Positions 1 to 10,200 of a stretch of DNA of 64,000 bases are shown piece after piece. The translations under genes were made by a program, and so were the position numbers. The notes under the pieces are model-generated. The model ran no database searches, was not told the origin of the DNA, and saw only the letters and a program-made list of their open reading frames with translations. Numbering within the stretch: the stretch's first letter is position 1; each line of letters starts with the position of its first letter. Location: positions 124,001 to 188,000 of the IMG/VR virus record IMGVR_UViG_3300035156_000206. One strand, given 5' to 3'.

Positions 1-1
1 G

Positions 2-553
2 CGTAAGACCACTACTCCAAAGGTCATCCAGAACTTCTTGAAAGAGATCGTATCACGCATCCTTCGCGGCGAAGACTGGGACGAAATCAATGATCAGATC
101 ATTGAATATCGTGACCATGTTGTCACCAAGATGGATTTGCTGGATATTGGACTTCCTAAGGGTTGCAACAAGATGGAGGAGTATGCTCTCAAGAAGGCAG
201 CTGGCAGGGACTCAACAGGGAAGAAGTACACTATTCCTGGACACGTTGCTGCTGCACTGCACTACAACGAGGCGCTGAAGATATATGGCGACTTGGAGAG
301 CCCAGAGATTGTTTCAGAGATGAAGGTGAAGGTGTTCTACTTGGACAAGCCCGTAAATGGTTTCAAGAGCATTGCACTGCCAACAGATCTGGATCGAGCT
401 CCTGATTGGTTTACAGAGAACTTCAATATCAACCGTGGCGATCACGCACAACGATTGATTGACAATAATCTAGGCCACATCTTTAAAGCGATCGGCAAAG
501 AAGTACCAACAAGACAAACACTGCTGTTTAACAGCCTCTACAGCTTCGAATAG
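2..553 (+). CDS. Family B DNA polymerase (T4 gp43-like), C-terminal part; 5'-truncated by the window
   Basis: Frame is open from base 2 (RKTTTPKVIQNFLKE..., the KxxTP thumb motif); contains PGHVAAALHYN and KVKVFYL; followed by a clamp gene. Confidence 0.85.
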   Translation, partial: RKTTTPKVIQNFLKEIVSRILRGEDWDEINDQIIEYRDHVVTKMDLLDIGLPKGCNKMEEYALKKAAGRDSTGKKYTIPGHVAAALHYNEALKIYGDLESPEIVSEMKVKVFYLDKPVNGFKSIALPTDLDRAPDWFTENFNINRGDHAQRLIDNNLGHIFKAIGKEVPTRQTLLFNSLYSFE

Positions 554-560
554 GCAACAA

Positions 561-1298
561 ATGAAACAAACAATTAAACTAAGCCCTGACCTGGTTGCAT
601 ATATCAAGAAGGTCCTAAAGACCGCACAAGTCCTAAAGTTTGAGGATATTGTGATTGGTCGTGATATGGTACGTGGGTGCAATCCGGTTCGTACTGCTGT
701 GATTGTCGATCTGGATGTTCCAGAGCTGCCATTCGAAGGCATTGGCATTGGTGGTGTAGGACGACTGTTGACCCGTATGGGTCTGATGGAGAACTACACT
801 GCCGAAGTCGAGCTGGTGAACAACTTCGTGATGAATTTGGAACTGAAGGTCAAGGGAATGTCAGTGAAATATCGCTGTGCGAACCCGAATGCAATCAAGT
901 CTCCAAAGTCTCTCAAGGACGTTGATGGTTGGACAATGGAGCTCAGTCCAGAAGTGATTGCTCAGCTCACCAAGGGCGCGGCTGCAATGGGTTGTGAGAT
1001 CATCACATTCAAAGTGGTCGAAGATGAGTGCTCACTGACTATGGTCGACTCAAACCGCGACTCATACACCCAGGAATTTCAGGGATATATAGAATCACTG
1101 TTCGGTCACGAAGACACTAGTTCGTTCACGTTCCATTATGACTTGCCTACGCTGCTGAACGTGCTGAAGTTCTGTGACAAGCCAAAGAAGGTTGAGGGAC
1201 CAGAAGGCTCCCTCAAAGTAGTAATCGGTCAAGGTGGATCAATGGTTTGCACCTTGAATTCAATCAAAGTCAGTGTCGCTCCGAGGTCAGTATTATGA
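561..1298 (+). CDS. Sliding clamp (T4 gp45-like)
   Basis: 245 aa; KYRCANPNAIKSP motif; directly downstream of the polymerase. Confidence 0.7.
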   Translation: MKQTIKLSPDLVAYIKKVLKTAQVLKFEDIVIGRDMVRGCNPVRTAVIVDLDVPELPFEGIGIGGVGRLLTRMGLMENYTAEVELVNNFVMNLELKVKGMSVKYRCANPNAIKSPKSLKDVDGWTMELSPEVIAQLTKGAAAMGCEIITFKVVEDECSLTMVDSNRDSYTQEFQGYIESLFGHEDTSSFTFHYDLPTLLNVLKFCDKPKKVEGPEGSLKVVIGQGGSMVCTLNSIKVSVAPRSVL

Positions 1299-1492
1299 AC
1301 ATCGCAATGGTATTTCTGGTTTTCTGGGTCAATGGTGCAACTATGCCTACGGCCAAATTCATTCGCAGCTTTCCTGATATGGACTCCTGCACTAAAGCAA
1401 AAGAGATTGGGAAGCGAGACCCTGACCTCAAAGATGGCTTAGCTTGCATACAAATCCTGGGTACCTTGCCTGATGCTGGCGAACCATTCTAA
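1295..1492 (+). CDS. Small hypothetical protein with hydrophobic N-terminus
   Basis: ATGA overlap with the clamp stop codon; starts MNIAMVFLVFW. Confidence 0.6.
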   Translation: MNIAMVFLVFWVNGATMPTAKFIRSFPDMDSCTKAKEIGKRDPDLKDGLACIQILGTLPDAGEPF

Positions 1493-1512
1493 TTACACAG
1501 TAAGGACATACA

Positions 1513-1776
1513 ATGTTTAAATATATGAAATCCATCCCTGAGCGCTTCGTCCGTTGGTTCGAGCGCCGCAAATACAAACACTCAAGCGAGCCTTGGATCT
1601 CGATCATTGGCGACGTTGAAGATGCCAAGAAAGGCCTAAAGCTGGATATGGATTGGAATGATGCGTTCATCCAATACCTACGCCAGAATGGCATCATCGG
1701 CATCTCTGATGAAGAAGTGGTAGCTCGTTGGATCACCACCCTCCACTCACAACTGTTAGATGAGAGTGATGAATAA
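1513..1776 (+). CDS. Hypothetical protein
   Basis: AAGGA RBS; TAATG coupling to the next gene. Confidence 0.7.
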   Translation: MFKYMKSIPERFVRWFERRKYKHSSEPWISIIGDVEDAKKGLKLDMDWNDAFIQYLRQNGIIGISDEEVVARWITTLHSQLLDESDE

Positions 1777-2687
1777 TGGCCAAGAGAGAACATCACTTAG
1801 TTCTTGATGCGTCACACTTGCTGTACCGTGCGTACTACGCCAACCCAAATGAACAGTCTGAAATCATTATGGGTCTGGCGATGCACTCAGCATTTCTGGT
1901 AATGAACAAGTACTACAAGAAGTTCAAGCCGGATCGCATTGTCATGTGCTTCGACCGTAACAACTGGCGCAAGGACTACACCTTGTCAGATGAGTGCTAC
2001 TCAAAGCGCATCTACAAAGGCGAACGCCGCAAGGACCAGACTCCCGCTCAGAAAGAGAAGTACGCGGCTTTCAAGAAACACATTGGAGAGTTTGAGGCAA
2101 TGGTGCGCGACCATACAACGATCACTGTCCTTGCTGAGCCACTTCTGGAAGGCGATGATTGTGTTGCTGGTTGGATTCTTCGCAACCCTGAGCACAAGCA
2201 TACCATCATTTCGGGCGACAAAGACTTCGTCCAAATGCTTCGCTGCGAAGGTGTTGAGTTGATGGATCCAGCTACGGACAAGTACCGTACGACTGAAGAT
2301 CCACACTACTACATCTTCGAGAAACTGTTCCGTGGCGAGCCAAAAGGTACGGACAACGTGCTGTCAGCGTATCCACGTATCCATCACACGAAGATCAAGA
2401 AGGCATATGAGGATCCAATTGCCCTGACTAACCTACGTCAAGCTACGTGGACGGACCATGACGGTCGCATCATGGTCGTTGGAAAGTTGTTGGATGAGAA
2501 TAAGCTGCTGATGGATCTGACTTGCCAGCCAGAAGATATCCAAGACATTATGGATGCAATGGTGGTCAGGGCTATGATGAAGAAGCCTAAGTTCTCACAC
2601 TTCCACTTCATGAAGTTCTTGGGTAAATACGAACTCAAGCGCATTGCAGAGCAGTTGGAGACATTCGTCCCAATGCTATCACGTTAA
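1776..2687 (+). CDS. rnh: RNase H / 5'-3' flap exonuclease (T4 rnh-like)
   Basis: Motifs LVLDASHLLYR, CFD, YKGER, EGDD, SGDKDFVQ, G..TDNV. Confidence 0.9.
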   Translation: MAKREHHLVLDASHLLYRAYYANPNEQSEIIMGLAMHSAFLVMNKYYKKFKPDRIVMCFDRNNWRKDYTLSDECYSKRIYKGERRKDQTPAQKEKYAAFKKHIGEFEAMVRDHTTITVLAEPLLEGDDCVAGWILRNPEHKHTIISGDKDFVQMLRCEGVELMDPATDKYRTTEDPHYYIFEKLFRGEPKGTDNVLSAYPRIHHTKIKKAYEDPIALTNLRQATWTDHDGRIMVVGKLLDENKLLMDLTCQPEDIQDIMDAMVVRAMMKKPKFSHFHFMKFLGKYELKRIAEQLETFVPMLSR

Positions 2688-2697
2688 GGAGAACGGT

Positions 2698-2940
2698 ATG
2701 CCAGGTGTATCTAGAGTAGGTGTTGATTCAGCCAGTTCCAAGATTGTGGAGAATCTGGCACCAACCGTTTTCGTCAACGGATCCCCAATCGCTGTTAAAG
2801 GCGCTAAGGAGCAGAATGGAAAGCGTTTATCAGAAGCAAGTTCTACTGTGTTTGCGCACGGAATTGCTGTAGTACGCGCAGGCGACAAGGACAGTGATCC
2901 GAAGCCCGCATCAGGCAGTTCTGATGTAATTGCAGGCTAG
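2698..2940 (+). CDS. PAAR-like spike tip protein (gp5.4-like)
   Basis: AAGGAG RBS; three PAAR-type repeats (GVSRVGVD, TVFVNGSPIAVKG, STVFAHGIAVVRAGD) ending GSSDVIAG. Confidence 0.8.
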   Translation: MPGVSRVGVDSASSKIVENLAPTVFVNGSPIAVKGAKEQNGKRLSEASSTVFAHGIAVVRAGDKDSDPKPASGSSDVIAG

Positions 2941-2968
2941 CCGTTTGAATCCCCCTGAAAATTTGAAC

Positions 2969-2976
2969 TATAAATA
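2969..2976 (+). promoter_or_regulatory. T4-type late promoter TATAAATA
   Basis: Exact consensus upstream of the ORF at 3034; gp55 is encoded in the window. Confidence 0.8.
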
Positions 2977-3033
2977 AAGACATGAGCGTGCGATTGTTAG
3001 TCGCACATATACAATGAATCTTAGGAGATTTAA

Positions 3034-3432
3034 ATGATTGGTAAGTACCCACACATCGAATGGATTGATCTGAACGGAAACAACGTCGTTACAGAATGCG
3101 CCATTCTCAAAAAAGACCCAGAAGGTAACATCTACTTCTTCACGCTGAACAGCCTCGATCTGATCGACAAAAAGCGTCTGCTGGATATCGTCACGAACCG
3201 CAACGCCAATATGTACGAGCTGTGGGACTTGATGTCGCAGATCACCATGCGCAATGGCGTCAATGCTCTGGTGTACTTCCACCAATTGGCAAAAGTTCTG
3301 ACCCCTTCCGGTCAAGTTATCGAATGCGATCCATCGCGTCGTGGTCTGGCTCTCCAGAACCGCATTGACGTGGTTGACCAAGACCCAGCCGCTGACGTTC
3401 GTCGTGGCCGTGCTGCTGCCCCAGCTGCATAA
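3034..3432 (+). CDS. Hypothetical late protein
   Basis: AGGAG RBS; late promoter upstream and terminator downstream. Confidence 0.8.
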   Translation: MIGKYPHIEWIDLNGNNVVTECAILKKDPEGNIYFFTLNSLDLIDKKRLLDIVTNRNANMYELWDLMSQITMRNGVNALVYFHQLAKVLTPSGQVIECDPSRRGLALQNRIDVVDQDPAADVRRGRAAAPAA

Positions 3433-3460
3433 CGAATCAATCCCATCTTGATTGTTTTTC

Positions 3461-3487
3461 AAAAGGACCTTCGGGTCCTTTCTTTTG
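3461..3487 (+). terminator. Rho-independent terminator
   Basis: aaggacc-TTCG-ggtcctt followed by a T tract. Confidence 0.8.
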
Positions 3488-3506
3488 TCTATACATTCTG
3501 CGCAAT

Positions 3507-3535
3507 AAAAAAGGACGCCTAGGCGTCCTTTTTTT
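3507..3535. terminator. Bidirectional terminator-like palindrome
   Basis: aaaaaaggacgcctaggcgtcctttttt between convergent genes. Confidence 0.75.
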
Positions 3536-3896
3536 ATCCAACTTGGAACTGTATCACAGAACCGTGGACCTTTTCATTTTCCCATCCAGTATTGGGCATT
3601 CCTACAGGCTGGGTGAAGCTAACCCCTGATTGGCGTGCTTCACGGTACGGAGGATTGATAATGTTGTTTAGCACTTTTCCAGATAGTTGGCCTTGCTCTT
3701 CTCTACCATCTCTCGAGTTGACTACAGACACCATAAACACCATCCCACCATTCTGGCCTCGACGAGTAGTGTAGGTTGCGCCTTTCGGCACATCCTCCAT
3801 ACTTTGCGTCCATCCAGCTTGCTTCAGTAAGTTCTCCACATCATAGGCCATTTCCTGGCCCATGCGTGCATCTTCCAACAATTCCAGAATCTTCAT
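3534..3896 (-). CDS. Hypothetical protein, possibly head-internal (MKILELLE N-terminus)
   Basis: AAGGA RBS; last gene of the minus-strand structural unit. Confidence 0.65.
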   Translation of the reverse strand: MKILELLEDARMGQEMAYDVENLLKQAGWTQSMEDVPKGATYTTRRGQNGGMVFMVSVVNSRDGREEQGQLSGKVLNNIINPPYREARQSGVSFTQPVGMPNTGWENEKVHGSVIQFQVG

Positions 3897-3905
3897 CCTG
3901 TTCCT

Positions 3906-5030
3906 TTATTGTGAACGTGCAACCGAGATCGTCAGTGTGTATACAACACGGATCGTACGGTTCGCCGCTTTCAAAATTGGCGAGAAGATGATGTGTGTCA
4001 GAAGACGTTCACGCACGGTTGTTGCATCCGCTGCGTTGTTCTGTACACCAGCCAATTCGCCAGATACTGGAGCTGAGATCGATGTGAAACCAATCAGCTT
4101 GTTGAACAACCAGTTGGTTGGCAATTGTGAAGGCTGTGAGATCGTAATCGCCGAGTTAGGACCTGTTGCAGTACTCGTGATGATCAGGTTACCACCAGCG
4201 TAGATATTGTTCGCTTTGTCTGTCACCGTTGCAGTAGCACCAAGTGTTGCCAACTGAGAGTTGATCAGAGGAATAATGTCGCCGTACGTAACAAACTTGC
4301 TACCAACTGTTCCACCGCTACCAACTGCTGGTGTGGTGAATGTTACTGGCTGCGCGGCACCGCCATTGACAGAGATCGAGAATGTGTACTGACTTGATGC
4401 TGCGAGTCCAGTGTTCGATCCTTTTTCTTTGTTGGAGATGTTAACAACTTGCTTACCTTGGGTGTTGATGTGCTGACGGCCAGAGGTGAACAGGCCCAGT
4501 TCATCAAACATAAATTGCGATTCGGTACCTGTTTGCGGATCATTGTCAGTTGCTTCTTGGCTCGAAGGCTCCAAAGCATTCAATGTCAGGTCAATTGTGA
4601 CAAGCGATACCAGACCTTGTTCCGAACTACGGACACCAGGACCAGAGATATTTGGTACCGCGATCGGATCGTTGGACGGGGAAGCGCCATCGCCTTGACC
4701 GAGCTTGCCACTCTGTTCATCGATTACTTCCGAGTAGGTCTCATTGTAGAGACGTGACTGCCAGCCCGATGGGTCAGGCAGCTGACCATCATTTGCGGTT
4801 TTGTAAGTGATGGTATTACCCACACTAACGGTTGTGCCACCATTGCCGAGAGCAACGCGGTAGATTTGCGCATTTGGCTCATTGGCCAGTGCACGTGCAA
4901 ACACGCGAGCCAAATTTTGTGGGTGGACAGCATTCTGCTCATCTAGCAAAACATTGCCTAAGTCATCGGTGATATGTACGTGGCCGATGATCTTTGCAGT
5001 GGTTGCGTCGTTTTTTGGTTTGCGTTGCAT
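3906..5030 (-). CDS. Baseplate/tail-associated structural protein
   Basis: GHVHITD...N, FDELGLF, LLTHIIFSPILKAANRTIRVVYTL tail-collar-like motifs; AAGGAG RBS. Confidence 0.65.
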   Translation of the reverse strand: MQRKPKNDATTAKIIGHVHITDDLGNVLLDEQNAVHPQNLARVFARALANEPNAQIYRVALGNGGTTVSVGNTITYKTANDGQLPDPSGWQSRLYNETYSEVIDEQSGKLGQGDGASPSNDPIAVPNISGPGVRSSEQGLVSLVTIDLTLNALEPSSQEATDNDPQTGTESQFMFDELGLFTSGRQHINTQGKQVVNISNKEKGSNTGLAASSQYTFSISVNGGAAQPVTFTTPAVGSGGTVGSKFVTYGDIIPLINSQLATLGATATVTDKANNIYAGGNLIITSTATGPNSAITISQPSQLPTNWLFNKLIGFTSISAPVSGELAGVQNNAADATTVRERLLTHIIFSPILKAANRTIRVVYTLTISVARSQ

Positions 5031-5115
5031 TGGGTGAATCTCCTTAGTATAACTGTTTACTTAATTTCAATTCCACATTACGATATGGGAATAATTAATC
5101 TTTTTGGACACCATC

Positions 5116-5907
5116 ATGTATTTACTGCGCTTGTATAACGACACCCACAACGAATTCAATGTTTTCGAAGTGCCTGTGTTGCCAAACGAAAAACAGACGG
5201 TTCTGTCCTTAGCTGGTGATATTTATGATCGTAAGCACTTAATGGAATGGTTGCGTCCACTTGCGGCTCGTTTCAAGGCAGTTGTCGTTGTTCTTGGCAA
5301 CCACGATTACTGGAAAGGCGACGTTGACCGTCTCCAAGTGACTATCAAACAGTGGCAGCGGGATAACCCTATTCCTAACTTGCATGTCCTGTTTGACGAA
5401 GCCGTAGAGATTGATGGTACTGTATTCTTCGGTGGCACAATGTGGACAGATCTGAACAAAAAAGATCCTCTCACGATGATCAGCGACAAGCCATTCAACG
5501 ACTTCAGGATGATACGGTACGAAAATTACATCAAGCGCTGGTCACCAAAGGAGCAGTACCGCCGCCACTACGTGTACCGTCAGAAGCTGTGGAACACCCT
5601 TGCATTACCTGAACATCAAGGTAAACGCTTTGTGGTATTGTCTCATCATGCGCCACACCAGTTGAGTTCAGACCCTCGTCGCACAGACCGTATAGAGAAT
5701 GGCTTCTACACGTCCGATTTGTCCGAACTCATCCTGGATCACCCACAGATCGTTCTTTGGCATCATGGTCATACTCACTACAAGAATTGGTACTACATTG
5801 GTGATACTCCAGTTGCTTGCAACCCTCGTGGATATATTCCCGAGGGGCCTGTTAAAGACTTTGACCCTGAGATGATCATTGACCTGGATGCTATGCCAGT
5901 TCCGTAA
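5116..5907 (+). CDS. Calcineurin-like metallophosphoesterase
   Basis: Motifs DTH, AGDI, LGNHD, SHHAP, HGHTH, CNPRGY. Confidence 0.9.
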   Translation: MYLLRLYNDTHNEFNVFEVPVLPNEKQTVLSLAGDIYDRKHLMEWLRPLAARFKAVVVVLGNHDYWKGDVDRLQVTIKQWQRDNPIPNLHVLFDEAVEIDGTVFFGGTMWTDLNKKDPLTMISDKPFNDFRMIRYENYIKRWSPKEQYRRHYVYRQKLWNTLALPEHQGKRFVVLSHHAPHQLSSDPRRTDRIENGFYTSDLSELILDHPQIVLWHHGHTHYKNWYYIGDTPVACNPRGYIPEGPVKDFDPEMIIDLDAMPVP

Positions 5908-6466
5908 GCCTGTGGATGGTCAAAGCCTTCAATTTGGCCACTTCAGCAATGGTGCTACAGTTCTGCAAATTATGCTTTCCAGAAAGTCTTACACTCTCGA
6001 TCGCTGAAATTTTTGTCATCCACTCTGAGCGGCGTTTAACTACGTTCTCAGCGATATCTTTCATCGGAACGAGAAGTATTTCTCTTTCGATTTCCAGCAG
6101 TGGATATTCATGGTACCGGACTGGCTTTGTGGTTGACAAAAAGTCCAGTGCCTGTTCATACTTCTCGCGGTACACTTCTGCTTGTCCTGGGATGTCAGTG
6201 ATGTGCTTTACTCTGGCATGCCCAGCCGCAATGTCAATTGCACGTGCAGCTTCTTCTTTTCCAGCCTCGAATAGGATCGTCTCTTCAGTTGCTGGACCAA
6301 ACAATCCTGTCGTTTGGTGCAAACGCCATCCGGGCTGAGGCTGTGGATTGGCGTTTGACACTTCAATCCATTCCGTCAGTCCTTCCCCAATGTCTTCCAT
6401 CGGGTAGTCAGTGTCTACAACTTGCAGTACTTTGTTGTGTTTTAATTGTGCGTATCTGTAGTTCAT
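5891..6466 (-). CDS. Tail-fibre assembly/chaperone-like protein
   Basis: PQPQPGW..., IDIAAGHAR...PGQAEVYREK, IESVRL resemble Tfa-like chaperones. Confidence 0.55.
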   Translation of the reverse strand: MNYRYAQLKHNKVLQVVDTDYPMEDIGEGLTEWIEVSNANPQPQPGWRLHQTTGLFGPATEETILFEAGKEEAARAIDIAAGHARVKHITDIPGQAEVYREKYEQALDFLSTTKPVRYHEYPLLEIEREILLVPMKDIAENVVKRRSEWMTKISAIESVRLSGKHNLQNCSTIAEVAKLKALTIHRLTELA

Positions 6467-6699
6467 TAACGTTTCATTTCTAGTTGGCGAGTAACGCTGG
6501 TTGACAACTGGCGCAACATCCCGTGGAATGTTACTGGATCGACTTTGATCTTGCCACAGTTGAAGTCCTTTATGACCTCATCTGGTACACTACTGAAGAT
6601 GAAGGTACCTCTACGGCCCTCCACCTCAATCGACTCCATCAAAAATCCCTGCAGCTTCAAGCATGCTGCAAGGACGATGTCAGTAGTTCTATATTGCAT
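6466..6699 (-). CDS. Hypothetical protein (DUF5659-like)
   Basis: YRTTDIVLAACLKLQGF pattern; AAGGAG RBS. Confidence 0.55.
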   Translation of the reverse strand: MQYRTTDIVLAACLKLQGFLMESIEVEGRRGTFIFSSVPDEVIKDFNCGKIKVDPVTFHGMLRQLSTSVTRQLEMKR

Positions 6700-6709
6700 A
6701 TCATGCTCC

Positions 6710-7204
6710 TTAGATCACTTGAATAGACAGCGATTCAATGATCGTCGCCCCAACAGAGTCTTCCCCGTTGTCTTGTTGCTCAAATGCCAATCGGCTCATA
6801 TTTTCAGAATCAAACCCTTGTTCATCGAATGCTGTCATATCCCAGCCCATTGAGTGCAAGTTGGCATACGTGAGGATTTCCTCGGACAGATTCATGTCAA
6901 TGAACATCTGCAGTTGTTCCGATATTGCTGTCAGAATGCGACTTGGTGATGCAGCATCGGAGAAGTGCGGATAATCCCATTGGTCCGCATCATACGGTCC
7001 AGTATCCCATCCCACTCCTGGAACAACGAAGAACTTATTCGAGTCAGTGGTCATCTCGATGTAGATCTCGTACCGCTCATTGATCGTTGCCCTTACAGGC
7101 TCGGTGTACACATACTCAAGGATAACCTCGTACACCTTGGTGTGGTACGGCTTTACCACACCAACGTATTCAATCAGACTTGCTAGTGGATCACGTTTAC
7201 TCAT
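6710..7204 (-). CDS. Baseplate-associated structural protein
   Basis: KPYHTK motif and GWDxxxxD repeats; overlaps the end of the giant wedge gene. Confidence 0.6.
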   Translation of the reverse strand: MSKRDPLASLIEYVGVVKPYHTKVYEVILEYVYTEPVRATINERYEIYIEMTTDSNKFFVVPGVGWDTGPYDADQWDYPHFSDAASPSRILTAISEQLQMFIDMNLSEEILTYANLHSMGWDMTAFDEQGFDSENMSRLAFEQQDNGEDSVGATIIESLSIQVI

Positions 7205-10200
7205 CGAACTCTCCGTTTACATTCAATGGCGTAGTGCCATTGATTGAGATTGCCGAGGTCTTCATCAGACTTCCGGAGTAGTCAACGTCAATGTTAGCCA
7301 ACGCATCCATCATCACAGCAAAGAACAGTTGGTTGACATGCTTTGCTGGGAACGAATCATACAAATCGTTCATAAACGCTAACAGGTCCACAGTTGTGTT
7401 CATTTTGTGGTTTTCCAGGAAGTAATCGATGTCGATAGGCTCGAAGTCAATCTCCGGACTATTTAGTACTAGAAGTATCGTCTCTAATGCCTCTGTACCA
7501 TCAACGAACGTTTGCCCTGCACCAATACCGAATCGCGTCGAGGTACCATTTACACTATCGTAGATGGTGCGGTCCAATGAAGGCACCGCAATGTCAGCAT
7601 CTGCGATTGTGTGGCCAATGACAGCTTCAGTAACCATATTCCACAGCGAGCGATCAATGTGTTGATCTTGGTTCTGACGGAACATGATCCACTCTGCGTG
7701 AGTTGGCTTCAACATCGATCCATCTGAGCCATTCAACTGGTGACGCAGTGTGTAGTTCTTGCGGATACGCAGAGTGTAACGATTTGGCTCTGAAACAATA
7801 CCTGCTGTTCCAGCTAACACCAGTTGTGACAAACGTGACTCACCATTTACCAGCACTTCATTCATGCAGATTACATATGGACGGTCATTCACGCTCACCA
7901 ACTTCTCCAGTGTCGAAGTAGTGATTGTGCGAGCACTATCGATCGTCTCAGCCATTCCACGAACCCAGAAGTAGTACAGTGGTTCACGTGAGACGCCATT
8001 TACCGCAACGTGATCCATCTTCGTGTGCGGGTATCCAACATACGATTGCTCTGAAGCAGGAGTCAGATCCAAGTCAGCAGGTACGGTAGTCAGCAGACCG
8101 TCAATGATGCCAGTCTTACGGATCACAGTCAGTCGAACACGTGTGCTATCTGCAAATGCTAACATCGTCTCAGGTTCAATATCGATAACGCCACCAGCCA
8201 ATACAGGACCATCCTGTACGAACACGCCATCAGCAAACATTGCGAACTCTGATCCAACTGGCAGACCTGTCGTCAGTGTTGAACCATTGATGTTGATGGT
8301 GTAGTAGTGTTCAACCATTGGTACTACTTTTGTCCAAGCTCCTTTAAAGGTTGCTGGAGATACAGTAATCACACCTTCGCCTGGCATCGTCAGAGGAATA
8401 ACAACACCTGCGCGGTCAGCAACAACTACTGTGGTAAAAGTTGAACCAGCACCAACGGTGTACACTGTCTTCTCTTTCAGTGGATGTGGCAATGTATCTG
8501 CATTGATGACAATGTCATCACCAATTGAAAATCCATGCACTACACCCAAATTCAAGGCAGTAGAACTAACCGTAGCTGTGAATTGAACGCGTGAGCGGCT
8601 GTATACTTCTGAGCGTGGTGTTCCATTCTTGAAGTCCTTTGGCGCAACGGTGCTTTCTACCCACTGGTAAACAGCAGGATCGCTCCACTCTTCCATCTTG
8701 CCCCAGTTGACCAGCTTCTCGTTGGTTGTCAGGTGCAATGCTTTGTACGACACGTAATCAAATGAATTCGTGTCCAGCCACACATTGCCAACTTCAGGCT
8801 TATTCCAGAACTTGGTGGTGCCGTTGGTAATCGCACTTGGCGACAAGTTGTATACCGCAGGATCAGCCTTAGCGTAGGTGTCAACGTACTGCGCCAGAGT
8901 CGCTTGATGGATGCCTGCAATAGGATCCCAAGCTGGCAACTCTTGGACAACAGTTTTTGCTTTCTCGTCGTACACGTGAATCGGTGCCAACGTAGCATAG
9001 TCAACCGCACGAGTAGTGACCCAAACATTGCTCGCAGGAGCAACCATCTGAATCATACCATTTGTCAAGCGGTGGTAATGCACACCTTCAACAAATGTGC
9101 TTACGTGCGGAACGATGACAACTACAGCATTGGCTCCAAAGTTGCCAATCACTTGGATTGACGTATCTGAGATCTCAGTGTAGTCTACATTGACGGTACG
9201 CAGTGCACCATTGATGAATACGTTCAGTGCACCAGAGTTCGGCAAGTAGGTTTGACCAGTCATCGTGATCACACTTCCTACACCAGCAGCGATACCTGTA
9301 GTGCGGCTACGTTCAGCACCAACTGGTTGGTACACAGTGATTACGTCACCAGGTGTGTGGAACGCGATGTAACGGGCACCGATCAGTTGGATGCTAACTT
9401 GTGCGTTTGTCTTTGCTACCGTACCGAACAGTGCATAGCTATCTGACAGGCTTGCGGCCTGTGCAGGGAAGTTAGGCCAACGTGACACATCACTCATTGG
9501 TACTTTAGTGAAGTATGGCTGTACGGTGTTCTCAGGCGTAGCAACGAACTGAATCTTTGCATGGCTGCTGATGGTATCCTGAGGAACCAAGTTCATTGTG
9601 TAGTGCACGTCAGGGCGGTTGTCCCCGAAGTCGAATGCACGGTACGCCCAGAACTCATCCACTGCAGCAGACTGGAAGTGCTTCGAGTTGGTAAATGCTT
9701 CAATGCTTCCTGTGGTACCTTTTGCCTTGATCATTCCTTTATAGAACAGGAACTGCGACTTTGGTGTCACGTTGGTGTTCGTCATGTACGTTGCGTTAGG
9801 TGTATAGCCCAACATGCGACGTGCATAGTTGACGAAATCCGAGTTCTCATTCACCGTGAAGGTATCGTAGTACTTCAGGATGTTCGAAGTCGTGTATTCA
9901 TAGTTCTGTACAAACTTACCATCTTTGAGAACAAATCCGCCGATGTTAGGACGCTTGGTACTATCCTGTTGCTTCTCAAAGTAAGCTTGCAGACGGCTCA
10001 CAGCAACACCCAGGAAGCTATCGAATACCAGAGCATTCGAAATCGTGTATGGGTTGAACATCAACACGTGTTCGTATTCATCGAAGTATGCGTGCACACC
10101 ACCGAACGGGACATTGTCCGGCACCAGCATGAAGTTGTCCGTCTGTGCGCCATCCAAGATCTGGTTGGTTGCTGCAATGTGCGTGATCGTGTCTTGACGC

